This document shows positions 1 through 10,472 of a DNA stretch of 64,000 nucleotides, piece after piece. The notes under the pieces are model-generated. The model did not search any database. It had not been told where the DNA came from and worked only from the letters and a program-made list of their open reading frames with translations. Numbering within the stretch: the first letter of the stretch is position 1; every line of letters begins with the position of its first letter. A program made the position numbers and the translations under genes. The DNA is from Candidatus Ozemobacteraceae bacterium (GTDB lineage Bacteria > Muiribacteriota > Ozemobacteria > Ozemobacterales > Ozemobacteraceae). The DNA is taken from the NCBI GenBank assembly GCA_965140445.1, contig OZ223236.1, positions 3,650,498 through 3,714,497 of the forward strand. Reading direction: 5' to 3'.

Positions 1-428
1 TTCAAGTAGAAACAAGAGAGTATGCGATTGAAATCAGCCACGTTGTAGAAATTGTTGGGGTGCAAAAAATTACAGAGGTACCAGACTTTCCCAACTACGT
101 CTTGGGAGTTGTAAATCTTCGTGGCAGCATTATCCCGGTAATAGACGTGCGACTAAGGTTTGGTTTTCCGCAAAAGGATTATAATGATAGAACCTGCTTA
201 ATAGTCGCAAAAATCAATGATTCCCAAGTCGGATTAATTGTTGATTCTGTTCGAGAAGTCGTATCGATCCCACCGGAATCTGTATCGCCTCCCCCAGCTA
301 TCTCAAAAGACAGTGTTAGTAAATTTGTTAAAGGAATAGCAAGAATCGGGGAAGCTGTTGTGGTCATTTTGTCGTTAAATGAGCTACTCCAGCAGGAAGC
401 TATCGAACAGCTGTCAAAACTTGGCTAA
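1..428 (+). CDS. cheW: Chemotaxis coupling protein CheW, 5'-truncated at the window edge (reading frame continues from position 3)
   Basis: Translation from position 3 reads ...EYAIEISHVVEIVGVQKITEVPDFPNYVLGVVNLRGSIIPVIDVRLRFGF..., the typical CheW core. It lies directly upstream of an MCP gene. Confidence 0.8.
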   Translation, partial: QVETREYAIEISHVVEIVGVQKITEVPDFPNYVLGVVNLRGSIIPVIDVRLRFGFPQKDYNDRTCLIVAKINDSQVGLIVDSVREVVSIPPESVSPPPAISKDSVSKFVKGIARIGEAVVVILSLNELLQQEAIEQLSKLG

Positions 429-494
429 CCCCGCCCCTTATTAACTTCTATAAGATTAGAGTAACATGCATATTTTGCAGAAAGGGTTTGGAAT

Positions 495-2909
495 ATGGGT
501 CTATCAAAATTTTGGACAAACTTGTCACTTAAATACAAATTGCTTGTTTTGGGATGTATCGGAGTTCTTATTATGGGCGGAGCAAGTTTATGGCTCTCCC
601 ATTCAACCACCAAATCAATAGGGAATCAGGTTGAACAAGAAATCTTAGCAAAAGCGGAAGACGAAACCAAAAGAGTTGCTAAAGGCATCTATGACATGGT
701 TTTAACTCAAGATAAGGTTCTAAGAGCAAAACTAAAAGGCGATTTGCTTGCCGCACTGAAAATGTTGGAATTGAAGGGAAAAGCTTCCTTATCTTACGAA
801 AACGTTAAATGGAACGCTCAAAACCAGGTAACCAAATCCTATCAGGAAGTTGAAGTGCCAAAATTTCTTATAGGAAATGTGTGGACCGGAAAAATTACAG
901 ATCCCGGCACATATGCTCCGTTAGTAGATGATGTAAAAGAAACTTCTGGCATAGAATGCTCTATATTCCAAAAAATAAGCAAAAAAGGCGATATGCTTCG
1001 AATCGTATCCTCTACTGTTGGTGAAAATAATAAAAGAGGAATAGGCACGTTTGTTCCTGCTTATGGAAATGACGGTACACCAAATAAAGTAATTGCGGCA
1101 GTCATGAGTGGTGAATCTTACACAGGAAAAGCATTAGTAGGCTCAACATGGCTACTTACCAGCTATAGACCAATTAAAGACTCTTATGGTGAAGTAATTG
1201 GAATGCTTGGTGTTGGAACTCCAATGGGCTTTGACGGGGAGTTAAGAAAAAATATTCTAAATCTTGTTGTTGGAAAAACAGGATATGCTTATGTTTATGG
1301 ATCCAAGGGAGATCAATATTGTAAAACCCAGATTCACCCCAAAGTTGAAACTGGAACCGACATGTCCCAATCAAAAGACAGTGATGGAAACTTTATCATT
1401 CAGGATATCATTAAAGCTGCCCTTGAAACTAAAGATGGCTCCACTAAGATGGTTACTTATTTCTGGAAGAATGAAGGGGAGTTAGTTGCCAGAAAGAAAT
1501 TTGCTGCAGTAACCTATTACGAACCATGGGATTGGGTTATTGGCATCGGAACATACCACGATGAATTTCTTGATTCTCTTTCAAAGGTTCAAAAATCATT
1601 TAAAGATTCAGAGGAATATCAGCTAGGAGTTACAATTGGCGTATTAGCGCTTGTTTGTATTCTTGCATGGTTGATTGCAATGGGAATAGCTAATCCAATT
1701 AATCGAGGTGTAGAATTCTTAACCGCAGTTGCAGTTGAAGGTGACACATCAATAAATCTTAATCAGTCTGAATTGGAAAGATCCGATGAAATTGGGAAAC
1801 TAAATAATGGGATTAGTACGCTAATAATCCAACAACAGGAACAGGCAAAATTGTCTTCGCTATTGGCAGCAGGCAATTGGAATCAAAAAGTTCATATCAG
1901 ATCACCTAAGGATGATCTTGGAAAAGCTTTACAGCTCATGGTGGAACAAGTTAATGAAGCCCTTTCTGGGGTTAGAGCTGCTGCAGAAGAAGTTGATTCA
2001 GGTTCAACGCAAATCTCAGATGCAAGTCAGTCTCTTTCACAGGGAGCAACAGAATCTGCAGCTTCACTTGAAGAAATCAGCAGTTCGATGACAGAAATTG
2101 GCAGTCAGACAAAGGCAAACGCTGAAAATGCAACACAAGCCAATGTCCTTGCCACCCAAACCAGAACCTCTGCCGAATCAGGAAATCAGAAAATGGGTGA
2201 AATGATGCATGCCATGGAAGAAATCCAGGATTCAAGCAAGCAAATTGCTAAAATCATCAAAGTTATTGATGACATTGCATTCCAAACGAATCTTCTCGCC
2301 CTGAATGCAGCAGTTGAGGCCGCCAGAGCAGGTCGTCATGGTAAGGGATTTGCTGTTGTTGCTGATGAAGTAAGAAATCTTGCTGGAAGAAGTGCTAAAG
2401 CGGCAAAAGAAACCTCAGAAATGATTGAAAACTCTATTACTAAGGTTGATGCAGGAACTTCAATTGCCCAGGTAACAGAAAAAGCTCTTCAGGAAATTGT
2501 GCAGAGCTCTATCAAAGTTGCTGACCTTGTAGGAGATATTGCTGCTGCAAGTAATGAGCAGGCTCAGGGAATCCTTCAAATTGGACAGGGGCTTGAGCAA
2601 ATCGACAAAGTTACTCAGCAAAACACCGCCAATGCAGAAGAAACCGCTGCAGCTGCTGAAGAACTTTCTGGACAGGCTAGAGAACTCAGTGGACTTCTCG
2701 TAAAATTTAAACTTATAGAAGACTCTAATACAGTGAGAAGTGCAGCATACCAATCCCCTCCTCCAGCTCCAGTAAGCAAACCAAGAAATAATGAAATCTC
2801 CGAAAATAGAAGACATCAGACCATTACCTCGGCTGGTTCATCAAAAGCAAAAATGCTAAAACCTTCAGATGTAATAAATCTGGATGACGATGACTTCGGA
2901 CGATATTAA
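495..2909 (+). CDS. Methyl-accepting chemotaxis protein with a double-Cache (dCache_1) periplasmic sensor, TM, HAMP and MCP signalling domain
   Basis: N-terminal TM, then a Cache-like region ([11 protein letters not shown]...HP). A second TM and HAMP follow. The methylation/signalling region has the conserved hairpin ([41 protein letters not shown]). The C-terminal tail ends LDDDDFGRY. Confidence 0.85.
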   Translation: MGLSKFWTNLSLKYKLLVLGCIGVLIMGGASLWLSHSTTKSIGNQVEQEILAKAEDETKRVAKGIYDMVLTQDKVLRAKLKGDLLAALKMLELKGKASLSYENVKWNAQNQVTKSYQEVEVPKFLIGNVWTGKITDPGTYAPLVDDVKETSGIECSIFQKISKKGDMLRIVSSTVGENNKRGIGTFVPAYGNDGTPNKVIAAVMSGESYTGKALVGSTWLLTSYRPIKDSYGEVIGMLGVGTPMGFDGELRKNILNLVVGKTGYAYVYGSKGDQYCKTQIHPKVETGTDMSQSKDSDGNFIIQDIIKAALETKDGSTKMVTYFWKNEGELVARKKFAAVTYYEPWDWVIGIGTYHDEFLDSLSKVQKSFKDSEEYQLGVTIGVLALVCILAWLIAMGIANPINRGVEFLTAVAVEGDTSINLNQSELERSDEIGKLNNGISTLIIQQQEQAKLSSLLAAGNWNQKVHIRSPKDDLGKALQLMVEQVNEALSGVRAAAEEVDSGSTQISDASQSLSQGATESAASLEEISSSMTEIGSQTKANAENATQANVLATQTRTSAESGNQKMGEMMHAMEEIQDSSKQIAKIIKVIDDIAFQTNLLALNAAVEAARAGRHGKGFAVVADEVRNLAGRSAKAAKETSEMIENSITKVDAGTSIAQVTEKALQEIVQSSIKVADLVGDIAAASNEQAQGILQIGQGLEQIDKVTQQNTANAEETAAAAEELSGQARELSGLLVKFKLIEDSNTVRSAAYQSPPPAPVSKPRNNEISENRRHQTITSAGSSKAKMLKPSDVINLDDDDFGRY

Positions 2910-2928
2910 GCTTTAGTTTTCAAAAAAA

Positions 2929-2961
2929 GCTCTGGGAGTATTTCCCAGAGCTTTTTTATTT
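2929..2961 (+). terminator. Rho-independent terminator after the MCP gene
   Basis: agctctggga-gtatt-tcccagagct stem-loop followed by TTTTTTATTT. Confidence 0.6.
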
Positions 2962-3016
2962 GTGAAATTAATAAAAAACTAAGTAAACTGAAAAAAACAA
3001 ATATAAGGGAGCAATA

Positions 3017-3580
3017 ATGAAAGTTAACCACGTTGCATTACTCGTAAAAAGTATTGAAGATTCAATAAAAAAATTGCCTGAAGAATTAGATTTTGGACCA
3101 ATCGAAACCTTTGCAGATGAAGGCACAAAAGAAATTTACATTAAGTCAAAAACATCGTCCCAATCTTCTCTGCTTTTACTTCAGGCTATAGGTGAAGGAC
3201 CATACATGAGAGCATTAAAAAAAAGAGGGCCTGGTCTTCATCATATCTGTATTTCAACAACTTCAATTAAATCAGCAACAAGTAAATTTGTTTCTTCATC
3301 ATTGCTAATCCACCCAATATCAATAAAAACCTGGGATCAAGGTACCCTTTGGTTTTGTAGACCAGGTTTACCATTTTTGATTGAAGCAATTGAGGATTCT
3401 AACAATGATGAAATAAATAAGCCATTTGTTGAAAAAATTCATTTAAAATTGAGTGAGGAACACGCAAACTCATTTTCAAAACTATCTCCAGATTTTTTAC
3501 ATCAATCCGCAAAGAATTCAATTTCTTTAAGGTTAAAAAATGGGCTTTTTACAATCGAAATTGAGGATCTGGTCAGATAA
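3017..3580 (+). CDS. Hypothetical protein, possibly VOC/glyoxalase-like fold
   Basis: ORF with an AGGGAG RBS just upstream. N-terminal MKVNHVALLVKSIEDSI resembles a glyoxalase/VOC beta-alpha-beta-beta-beta start. Weak. Confidence 0.4.
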   Translation: MKVNHVALLVKSIEDSIKKLPEELDFGPIETFADEGTKEIYIKSKTSSQSSLLLLQAIGEGPYMRALKKRGPGLHHICISTTSIKSATSKFVSSSLLIHPISIKTWDQGTLWFCRPGLPFLIEAIEDSNNDEINKPFVEKIHLKLSEEHANSFSKLSPDFLHQSAKNSISLRLKNGLFTIEIEDLVR

Positions 3581-3761
3581 TTTTTTTTAAACTGACTCTT
3601 TCAGATCAATGCACGTTAATCTTTATCTTTCTTTCTCAGGAAACAGCAATTGTATATTGCTACTGAAAGACCGTATTTAATAGAAGTTAGCAAGATTAAC
3701 CGGAACAAAAACCGAGCTTAACTTTAATAATAAAATAACATCAGTTTTTTTCCAGCTATCG

Positions 3762-3790
3762 TTGCTCAAATGGAGTTTTGTAGGTATAAT
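3762..3790 (+). promoter_or_regulatory. Sigma-70-like promoter TTGCTC-N17-TATAAT upstream of the 5'-nucleotidase gene
   Basis: -35 TTGCTC at 3762-3767 and -10 TATAAT at 3785-3790 with a 17-nt spacer. An AAGGA RBS lies upstream of the TTG start at 3821. Confidence 0.45.
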
Positions 3791-3820
3791 TACCAATAAA
3801 CTTAACCAAGGAAACTGGAA

Positions 3821-5446
3821 TTGAAACTCTTAAAAGCACCTGTAGTTTTATTTGTAGTAGCGCTATTCTTTTTTACAGCATCTTCAACTTTCGCCCTTCA
3901 AAATGGTGAAACCGTTGATTTTACAATAATCCACACCTCTGATGTCCACGCACATATTCTTCCTTTTGATTGTGCATCAGGAACAGCAATGGGTGGCTAT
4001 GCACGAATAAAAACCTATAAAGAGGCCCTGGAACAAGAAGGTAAAACAGTTGTTCCACTTTGCTCTGGTGATATTTTCCAGGGAACTTTTTTCTATCGCT
4101 TTTACGGCGGAATTCCAGACATAGAATTTCTCAACAAAATTGACTTTAAAGCAATGACTCTTGGAAATCATGAATTTGATGGAGGGCAAAAAGCGCTCTC
4201 TGAAGCGTTGGGCTATGCAAAATTCCCGGTTCTTTCTGCTAACCTAAAATTTTCCAGAATCCCAGAACTTGCAGCAAAAGTAAAGCCATATACTCTTGTA
4301 GATGTAGCAACCAAACAGGGAACTGTAAAAGTTGGAATTCTTGGCCTAACTGTTGAAAACTTGAAAGAAAATGTTCCAGCAGTTTTTGTAAAAGACATAC
4401 AAGTCGAATCAGCAATAGACACCACGGCCCAGTATCTACCTGAAATGAAAGCTGCAGGTGCCGAAATAATTTTAATACTCTCTCACCTGGGATGGGATAA
4501 AGAAGTACAATTACTTGAAGCCTTTCCTGAAATTGATGGAGTTCTAGGTGGACATACTCACCTTGCAATTGATCCCCCAATTATCGTAGAAGGCCCAAAG
4601 GGACACCGTTTTATCTCGCAGCCTGGCGAATGGGGATCACATGTAACAAGATATGACATATCCTTTACCAAACATTTTGACAAAACCCATCTTACCGTTA
4701 AATCAGCTGGATTAGTGCCAATGACTTCAAACCTCCCACAGGATGAAGAAATTTCAAAAGAAGCAAATGGGCTCTGGGAACAAATTATGGAAAAGGTTAA
4801 TGTTCCTCTCAGCAAAACACTGTCATTTCTTGATGGAGAAAGGTCTAACATCAGAACCAGAGAAACCAATCTTGGCAACCTGATTACCGATTTCCTTATG
4901 GACGTTGTTCCGGCTGATATGGCAGTAATGAATGGCGGTGGAATTAGAAGCTCTATTGCTACTGGAACTATTACCATTGGTGACTGCTTAAATGTTTTAC
5001 CTTTTGATAATTACCTGGTTAAATTGACACTTACAGGCGCTTCAATTAAGAAAATTTTCAATCAGTTAGCTGAAAAAATCGCAACCTCACCAGGCTTTGG
5101 TGGGTTCCTGCAGGTTTCAAAAGGCTTAACCGTCCATTATTCTGCCGGTTCAACGGAAGTCAAATTTATGGGCAAATCTATAGAGGACGAAAAGCTTTAT
5201 ACATTAACCACCAATGATTTTCTCTCATGGGGTGGAAATGGAATCCCTGCGTTTACTGAAGCAGTGGCTTCTGAATCAACAGGAATCCTTGCAGCCGATG
5301 GGTTTATGACTTTCTTAAAGCGTAACAAAGAAATTGATTATTCTGTTGAAGGAAGAATCACCTCCGATCTTAAAATACCAGCCTACAAAAAGCCTGGATC
5401 AATTTTAAAATCGATTCCTAGACCAACAACACCTAAAGGACTGTAA
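3821..5446 (+). CDS. Secreted bifunctional metallophosphatase/5'-nucleotidase (UshA-like)
   Basis: Signal peptide. Metallophosphatase motifs HTSDVHAHI and GNHEFD are present, with a C-terminal 5'-nucleotidase substrate-binding region. Confidence 0.8.
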   Translation: MKLLKAPVVLFVVALFFFTASSTFALQNGETVDFTIIHTSDVHAHILPFDCASGTAMGGYARIKTYKEALEQEGKTVVPLCSGDIFQGTFFYRFYGGIPDIEFLNKIDFKAMTLGNHEFDGGQKALSEALGYAKFPVLSANLKFSRIPELAAKVKPYTLVDVATKQGTVKVGILGLTVENLKENVPAVFVKDIQVESAIDTTAQYLPEMKAAGAEIILILSHLGWDKEVQLLEAFPEIDGVLGGHTHLAIDPPIIVEGPKGHRFISQPGEWGSHVTRYDISFTKHFDKTHLTVKSAGLVPMTSNLPQDEEISKEANGLWEQIMEKVNVPLSKTLSFLDGERSNIRTRETNLGNLITDFLMDVVPADMAVMNGGGIRSSIATGTITIGDCLNVLPFDNYLVKLTLTGASIKKIFNQLAEKIATSPGFGGFLQVSKGLTVHYSAGSTEVKFMGKSIEDEKLYTLTTNDFLSWGGNGIPAFTEAVASESTGILAADGFMTFLKRNKEIDYSVEGRITSDLKIPAYKKPGSILKSIPRPTTPKGL

Positions 5447-5449
5447 GAA

Positions 5450-6547
5450 TTGATGAAAATCAAAGCTGTAATAAAAACAAGCATTTTACTTTTTCTGCTT
5501 ACAGCTTCTGTTTTGCCTTCTTCCTTTGCCAATCAAGAGGAGCCCTATACTCCTGCAGTAGAACAATTGAGATCATACTCAAAGTTCTCCAATGTCCATA
5601 TGATGGAGAATTCTCCTGATCTTGAAATTTCTATTAATGAATTTATTTCTGCACTTTCTCTTTCTATAACTGAAATTGATCAAAAGAATAATGGAATTGG
5701 ATTGGTAGAGAGTGTTAATGAGCAATTGCCCGAAAGCAATTCAATTGAGCAAGCCACTGAGATATCAATTTCAAACTTTCAGGAAGTATGGACTAAAGAA
5801 TCTACCGCCAGTGAAGCTTCTCTACAAAGTTTAAAATTAAAAGCATTTGTTCAGTTTGGAATTTCGTCACTAAAGAATAAAAATGTTGATCAAACTTCTT
5901 TTGCCCCTTTCTATACACATGTAAAAGATGCGTTGATTATAAACAAACAGAGAAAACACATTTATTCGGATTTATCTAATGGAAAAACCAAATTTTTATC
6001 TGGAAAGCTCCTGGTCTTTGAAAATTCCTTAATTCCAGTAGCTAAACTTTTTGATGCATGGGCAAGAAAGCTCAGAAGAAAAGGCTATCCAGTTTTAGAA
6101 TCTGACTTTGTAAGCATGTCCCTTATATCAAAAGCTGAAACAAAAGTAATTGGAATTTCTCCGCTGAAGAAAGCCACAAAAGCCAGAATAAAAGAACTAT
6201 CAAATTCTTATCTAAAAGAAGCTCTAACTCTAGCAAATCAAAATAGATTTTTAGAGCTTTCAGAGCTTTCTCGAACTTTTATAAGTAATATAGATTTAAT
6301 CCAAAAAAAAGAGAACCTGCTTTTTCCTTTGACAATACACCTTGCCGAATCAGTTGGACTTGCCGCAAAAAATGCTCATAACTTATGCAATCAATACAAA
6401 GGGAAAACGAACAGATTCTACTCATCCTTCATTAGAGCCCAGTTAATCGGACTTATTCCTTTTGGCTCATTAGATTTTGAAGCCAATCAATTTCACACAC
6501 AGGAAATCGGAATTTTAGTTAATGACTTACCTGTAATTTCGTTTTAA
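5450..6547 (+). CDS. Hypothetical secreted protein
   Basis: Signal peptide (MMKIKAVIKTSILLFLLTASVLPSSFA). No recognised domain. Translationally coupled to the preceding gene. Confidence 0.5.
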   Translation: MMKIKAVIKTSILLFLLTASVLPSSFANQEEPYTPAVEQLRSYSKFSNVHMMENSPDLEISINEFISALSLSITEIDQKNNGIGLVESVNEQLPESNSIEQATEISISNFQEVWTKESTASEASLQSLKLKAFVQFGISSLKNKNVDQTSFAPFYTHVKDALIINKQRKHIYSDLSNGKTKFLSGKLLVFENSLIPVAKLFDAWARKLRRKGYPVLESDFVSMSLISKAETKVIGISPLKKATKARIKELSNSYLKEALTLANQNRFLELSELSRTFISNIDLIQKKENLLFPLTIHLAESVGLAAKNAHNLCNQYKGKTNRFYSSFIRAQLIGLIPFGSLDFEANQFHTQEIGILVNDLPVISF

Positions 6548-6878
6548 GGCTGGAGTTCATTCTTACCTTTCTACAAAGCAAACTTGATACTACTGGAATT
6601 GTTAGAATAAAAAATATTTGGGGTATCGTTCTATTCAAAACATACGGGCCTCTAAATTCTCAATTTCAAAAGAAGTTCACTTTAACTCAAGATTAAAGTA
6701 AAATTTTGATATTGAAAGAATTTAAAAGTGACTTTTGTTGTTAATTCTAAACGGCTGGTAAAGTTTTTGAAAAGGTGCAACACTCATATTGCAAAAGAAG
6801 ATAAGAAATCTTTAATGAAAATGACTACGAAACCAGAAAAATGATTTGCTAGTTAAACTTTAGCAGAAAGGTAAAATT

Positions 6879-8270
6879 ATGATCTTTCCCTGGATTTATT
6901 TTTTAAAAAAAGAAGACCAGTTGATGATTGAAAGCTTTACTGACAAATGGACTGTCAATGGTCCTGGGACTGTCCTCGTTAAGCCATTTCAGAGCGCTAA
7001 GGTCAGAAAGGGTATAAGCCTTTCACCTATTGAATACGCTTTAATAAAAAATAAACTCTCAGGAGGATTAAAGATAAAAACTGGTCCATGCCTGATTCAC
7101 CTTGAGGCATACGAAGAAATTAAAAAGCTTAGTGAAGTTCTTGTTCTTCGCCATAATGAATACGTTAAAATTATTAACAAAAAAACCGGGAAAATCTTTG
7201 TAGAGACTGGTCCAAAGGAACTAATTCCAGGACCTAATGATGAGCTTTTATGTGCCCCAACCCCCGGGGTTAATATTGATGAGCACACAGCTGTTTTAGT
7301 AAGAAACACTTCCAATGGCTCTTTGAGATTAGTTACTGAAAATAAAGTATTTTTCCCTGGTGCAGATGAAGAGATAGAGGAAGTAAGAAGAAGAATTCTT
7401 CTTGAAAATCATGAGTCTGTAATAATTAAATCAAAAGATGGTAGCTACAAAATTGTCAATGGCGGAAAAAACGACTCCTCTTTTTTCCTTAATCCATATG
7501 AAAAACTTGTGACCCTCCACTGGTCATCTGGGATTCATAAAGATAGCAGAAACCTGAAAATAACGCATATAGATTCCAGACCAAAATTTATGTGGTATGA
7601 ATTTGGTGTTAGAACAAAAGATAATGTTGAATTAACGCTTGGAGTAACCTTTTTCTGGCAAATAACTGACATTGATAAAATGTTAAAAACGACTGATGAT
7701 GCTCCTGGAGACATCTGCTCTCATGCCAGAAGCATGATTATTCAATCAGTTTCCAAATCTTCTCTTGAAGAATTTTTAGATAGCTTTAACGACATCATAA
7801 AAGATTCAATTATCAACGCTGATGACCCTTTCTATGTCAATCGCGGAGTAGATATACATTCTGTTGAAGTCAGATCTGTAACCTGTAAAGAGCTTAGTAC
7901 TCAACAAATATTGCAGGAAATTATTCAAGAAACTACAGATCGTTTAAATAGATTGCAAAAGCAAGCCAGTGAAAATGAAGTTTCGTTAAACCGGGTTAAG
8001 GGAAATATTGAGATTGAAAAACAAAAGGGTGAGCTATTAAAAATACAAAGAGAAAATGCAGCTAAAGAAGCCGCCATTGCAGGAGAAAGTGAAGCATTGA
8101 AGGTTAAAGAATTCTTCACGACACTTGCTCAAACGGTTTCAGAAGAAGAAAAGCTAGAAATTTTCAGAACCCTGAAAAAAGTTGAATACATTGAAAAGCT
8201 GGGAAACAGCAAAGCGAATATGTTTTTTACACCAGCAGACATCGACCTGCGAATTGAAGCCAAAAGCTAA
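6879..8270 (+). CDS. SPFH/band-7 domain protein with N-terminal MVP-like beta repeats and a C-terminal coiled coil (vault-shoulder-like architecture)
   Basis: Repeats contain GPGTVLVKP and GPKELIPGPNDELL. The SPFH-like core is FGVRTKDNVELTLGVTFFWQITDIDKML. A long heptad-rich C-terminal helix follows. Confidence 0.55.
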   Translation: MIFPWIYFLKKEDQLMIESFTDKWTVNGPGTVLVKPFQSAKVRKGISLSPIEYALIKNKLSGGLKIKTGPCLIHLEAYEEIKKLSEVLVLRHNEYVKIINKKTGKIFVETGPKELIPGPNDELLCAPTPGVNIDEHTAVLVRNTSNGSLRLVTENKVFFPGADEEIEEVRRRILLENHESVIIKSKDGSYKIVNGGKNDSSFFLNPYEKLVTLHWSSGIHKDSRNLKITHIDSRPKFMWYEFGVRTKDNVELTLGVTFFWQITDIDKMLKTTDDAPGDICSHARSMIIQSVSKSSLEEFLDSFNDIIKDSIINADDPFYVNRGVDIHSVEVRSVTCKELSTQQILQEIIQETTDRLNRLQKQASENEVSLNRVKGNIEIEKQKGELLKIQRENAAKEAAIAGESEALKVKEFFTTLAQTVSEEEKLEIFRTLKKVEYIEKLGNSKANMFFTPADIDLRIEAKS

Positions 8271-8287
8271 CAGAATAAAATAAATAA

Positions 8288-8326
8288 AAAAGGGTTGAAG
8301 CCAAAACGCTTCAACCCTTTTTTTAA
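8288..8326. terminator. Bidirectional rho-independent terminator between convergent genes
   Basis: agggttgaag-ccaaaacg-cttcaaccct hairpin flanked by A-run and T-run. Confidence 0.6.
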
Positions 8327-8335
8327 CCGGCTTAT

Positions 8336-9910
8336 CTAGCCAATGTCTTTCAAAAAGTTTTCAAGCAATTTTCTTTTCTTACTTTCATCAGAACTGCTTC
8401 GCATAAAATCAGCCAACTTAAGCATAACTTCTGCATAAAGATTGTGAGAATCGACTTTTACAGGTTGTCTTAAAGGTGCTGCTTCTGGGGCAACTTCTTT
8501 GATCTTACCTTCAATAAGATCAAAGGTTTCACCTAATCCCGGTGCAACGGCTTCAAATTTAAACTGTTCTTTGATTATTCTAACTAATTCAGCAGCAGAT
8601 TCCTGCTCACCATGTGTAACAAAAACCTGTCCATTGACCTTTTTAATATTTGAAAGCCAGTCAAGTAATCCAGCCTGATCTGCATGTCCTGAATAACCAT
8701 GAATCTGTTGTATTTCTGCTTCAACACTAACTTCTTCACCATGAATTCTTACTGTTTTCTTGCCTTCAGTGATCATTCTACCTAAGGTTCCAAAAGCTTG
8801 ATAGCCAACAAATAGAACTGTATTTTCAGGTTTCCATAGATTGTGTTTTAAATGATGCTTAATTCTTCCCGCATCACACATTCCACTTGCAGAAAGAATT
8901 GCAATCCCTTTTTTCCCGTTCAGTGCCATTGACTCTTCTGGTGATTGGGTGAAAATAAAGTCAGGATGGTCAAACAAGCTTCCCTGAGAATTTAGAATTG
9001 CTGTAGCGTCTTCATCATAGTAACTTTTATACTTTACAAAAACCTTTGTAATGTTAGTTGCAAGTGGTGAATCAACTACAACTTTAATTCCAGGAATCTC
9101 TCCCCTGCCCTTCAGTATCAAAATATCATGCATTAGATCCTGAGTGCGCTCTAGTGCAAAAGCAGGAATAATTAAGTTCCCGCCCTTTTTAATAGTAGAA
9201 TTGAAAACTTCAGCTAACTTTTTCAGGCGATCTTCCTTGCTGGTAACTTCACGTTTTCTGTCACCATAAGTTGATTCTACCAAGAGGAAGTCTGTTTCTG
9301 AAAAATATTCAGGGTCCTTGACTATTGGATGATCTTTTTCACCCAAATCCCCTGAAAATACTATCTTTTTAGTTTTTCCATCTTCAGTGATTGAAACTTC
9401 GATAAAGGAGGAACCAAGTACATGCCCGGCGTTCCAATAAACAACTTTGCAACCATCAATTGGAGAAAATTCTGTCCCGCGTTTCAAAGGCTTTAGCAAC
9501 GCAATAGCATTTTCAGCGTCTTCTGCGCCATAAATAGGCTCAACTTCAGGTAGACCTTTTCTCTCGTTTCTTCGATTTTTTTGAAGAACTTCAAACTCTT
9601 GAATATGTGCAGAATCTGGTAATAAAAATTTCAAAAGATCAACAGTTGGCTCTGAAGCATAAATATTGCCTTTAAAACCATGTTTTACTAATTTTGGCAA
9701 TAAACCAGTATGATCTATATGGGCATGAGTTACCAAAACAAAATCAATACTTGTGGGATCAAAAGTAAAATCTTTATAGTTGTTTTCTTTTAAGGCTTTT
9801 CCGCCCTGAAACATTCCGCAATCAACAAGAAACTTATATTTATTTGTTTCAACCAGATAGTTGGAGCCAGTTACGCATCCGCCAGCAGCTCCGTTAAAAG
9901 TAATTTTCAT
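8336..9910 (-). CDS. MBL-fold metallo-hydrolase of the beta-CASP RNA-metabolising family (RNase J/CPSF-like)
   Basis: HAHIDHTG motif. Size (524 aa) and layout of the beta-lactamase + beta-CASP + RNA-specificity C-terminal domain fit this family. Confidence 0.75.
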   Translation of the reverse strand: MKITFNGAAGGCVTGSNYLVETNKYKFLVDCGMFQGGKALKENNYKDFTFDPTSIDFVLVTHAHIDHTGLLPKLVKHGFKGNIYASEPTVDLLKFLLPDSAHIQEFEVLQKNRRNERKGLPEVEPIYGAEDAENAIALLKPLKRGTEFSPIDGCKVVYWNAGHVLGSSFIEVSITEDGKTKKIVFSGDLGEKDHPIVKDPEYFSETDFLLVESTYGDRKREVTSKEDRLKKLAEVFNSTIKKGGNLIIPAFALERTQDLMHDILILKGRGEIPGIKVVVDSPLATNITKVFVKYKSYYDEDATAILNSQGSLFDHPDFIFTQSPEESMALNGKKGIAILSASGMCDAGRIKHHLKHNLWKPENTVLFVGYQAFGTLGRMITEGKKTVRIHGEEVSVEAEIQQIHGYSGHADQAGLLDWLSNIKKVNGQVFVTHGEQESAAELVRIIKEQFKFEAVAPGLGETFDLIEGKIKEVAPEAAPLRQPVKVDSHNLYAEVMLKLADFMRSSSDESKKRKLLENFLKDIG

Positions 9911-9930
9911 TGCATACCTCGCCTTGCTGT

Positions 9931-10362
9931 TTATGATGTTATTTTAACAGTTTTATTAATGGGTAGCTTCTTCTTTTTTGCATAAAGCAATAACTTATCT
10001 TGCCTGATGGTGTGCTCAGTGAAAAATTCGCCTTCCCGATCAGTTGTATAAACTACTTTTATAAGCTTTCCCCAGGCATTGCTTTCAGTTGTAACACTGG
10101 TAACTTTACCGCCATCCGGAGCTTCAAAAGTTCTTGGTAGAAGGCTAATCAAGCCATACTGTCCTGGCGCAATCAGGTATACATGTGCTTGAAGTTTAGG
10201 GGGTAATTTTTTGTATTCATCCGGAAAAAGCGGCAAATACGTGGCAACCGTGCCAAAATCCCCAGGATCAATTAGCGCAGCATATGGCCTGCAAAACCTA
10301 GTCAGGCCCAGTGTGTTTTTTATCTCATCTACAATTTCGCTTGGAACAATTTTAACTGCCAT
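9931..10362 (-). CDS. Hypothetical protein
   Basis: ORF of 143 aa in an operon-like arrangement. No recognised motif. Confidence 0.45.
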   Translation of the reverse strand: MAVKIVPSEIVDEIKNTLGLTRFCRPYAALIDPGDFGTVATYLPLFPDEYKKLPPKLQAHVYLIAPGQYGLISLLPRTFEAPDGGKVTSVTTESNAWGKLIKVVYTTDREGEFFTEHTIRQDKLLLYAKKKKLPINKTVKITS

Positions 10363-10472
10363 GGGCGCTATTCTATTAGTTAATCCTTTTCAATTCAAGT
10401 TTTTTATGGTTTAGCACGAACTACTTTTAAAACAGATAGAATTTTCTTCAGCTTTATAAAAAAAATCCTTGT

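Noticed and set aside
4239-4580. Antisense ORFs inside long genes. Examples are 4239-4580 and 4558-4977 inside the nucleotidase gene, 16465-16845 and 16562-16891 inside oraE, 50228-50551 inside the Sel1 gene, and 55646-56089 inside the kinase gene.
   Set aside because: Each is fully embedded in a much longer ORF with clear homology. They are typical shadow ORFs with low-complexity translations and no RBS context.
6548-6878. A 330-nt AT-rich intergenic region examined for tRNA/ncRNA or a small ORF.
   Set aside because: No cloverleaf-compatible arms, no conserved ncRNA motif recognised and no ORF with an RBS. It is probably a promoter/UTR region. Covariance-model scanning (Infernal/Rfam) would be needed to exclude a small RNA.
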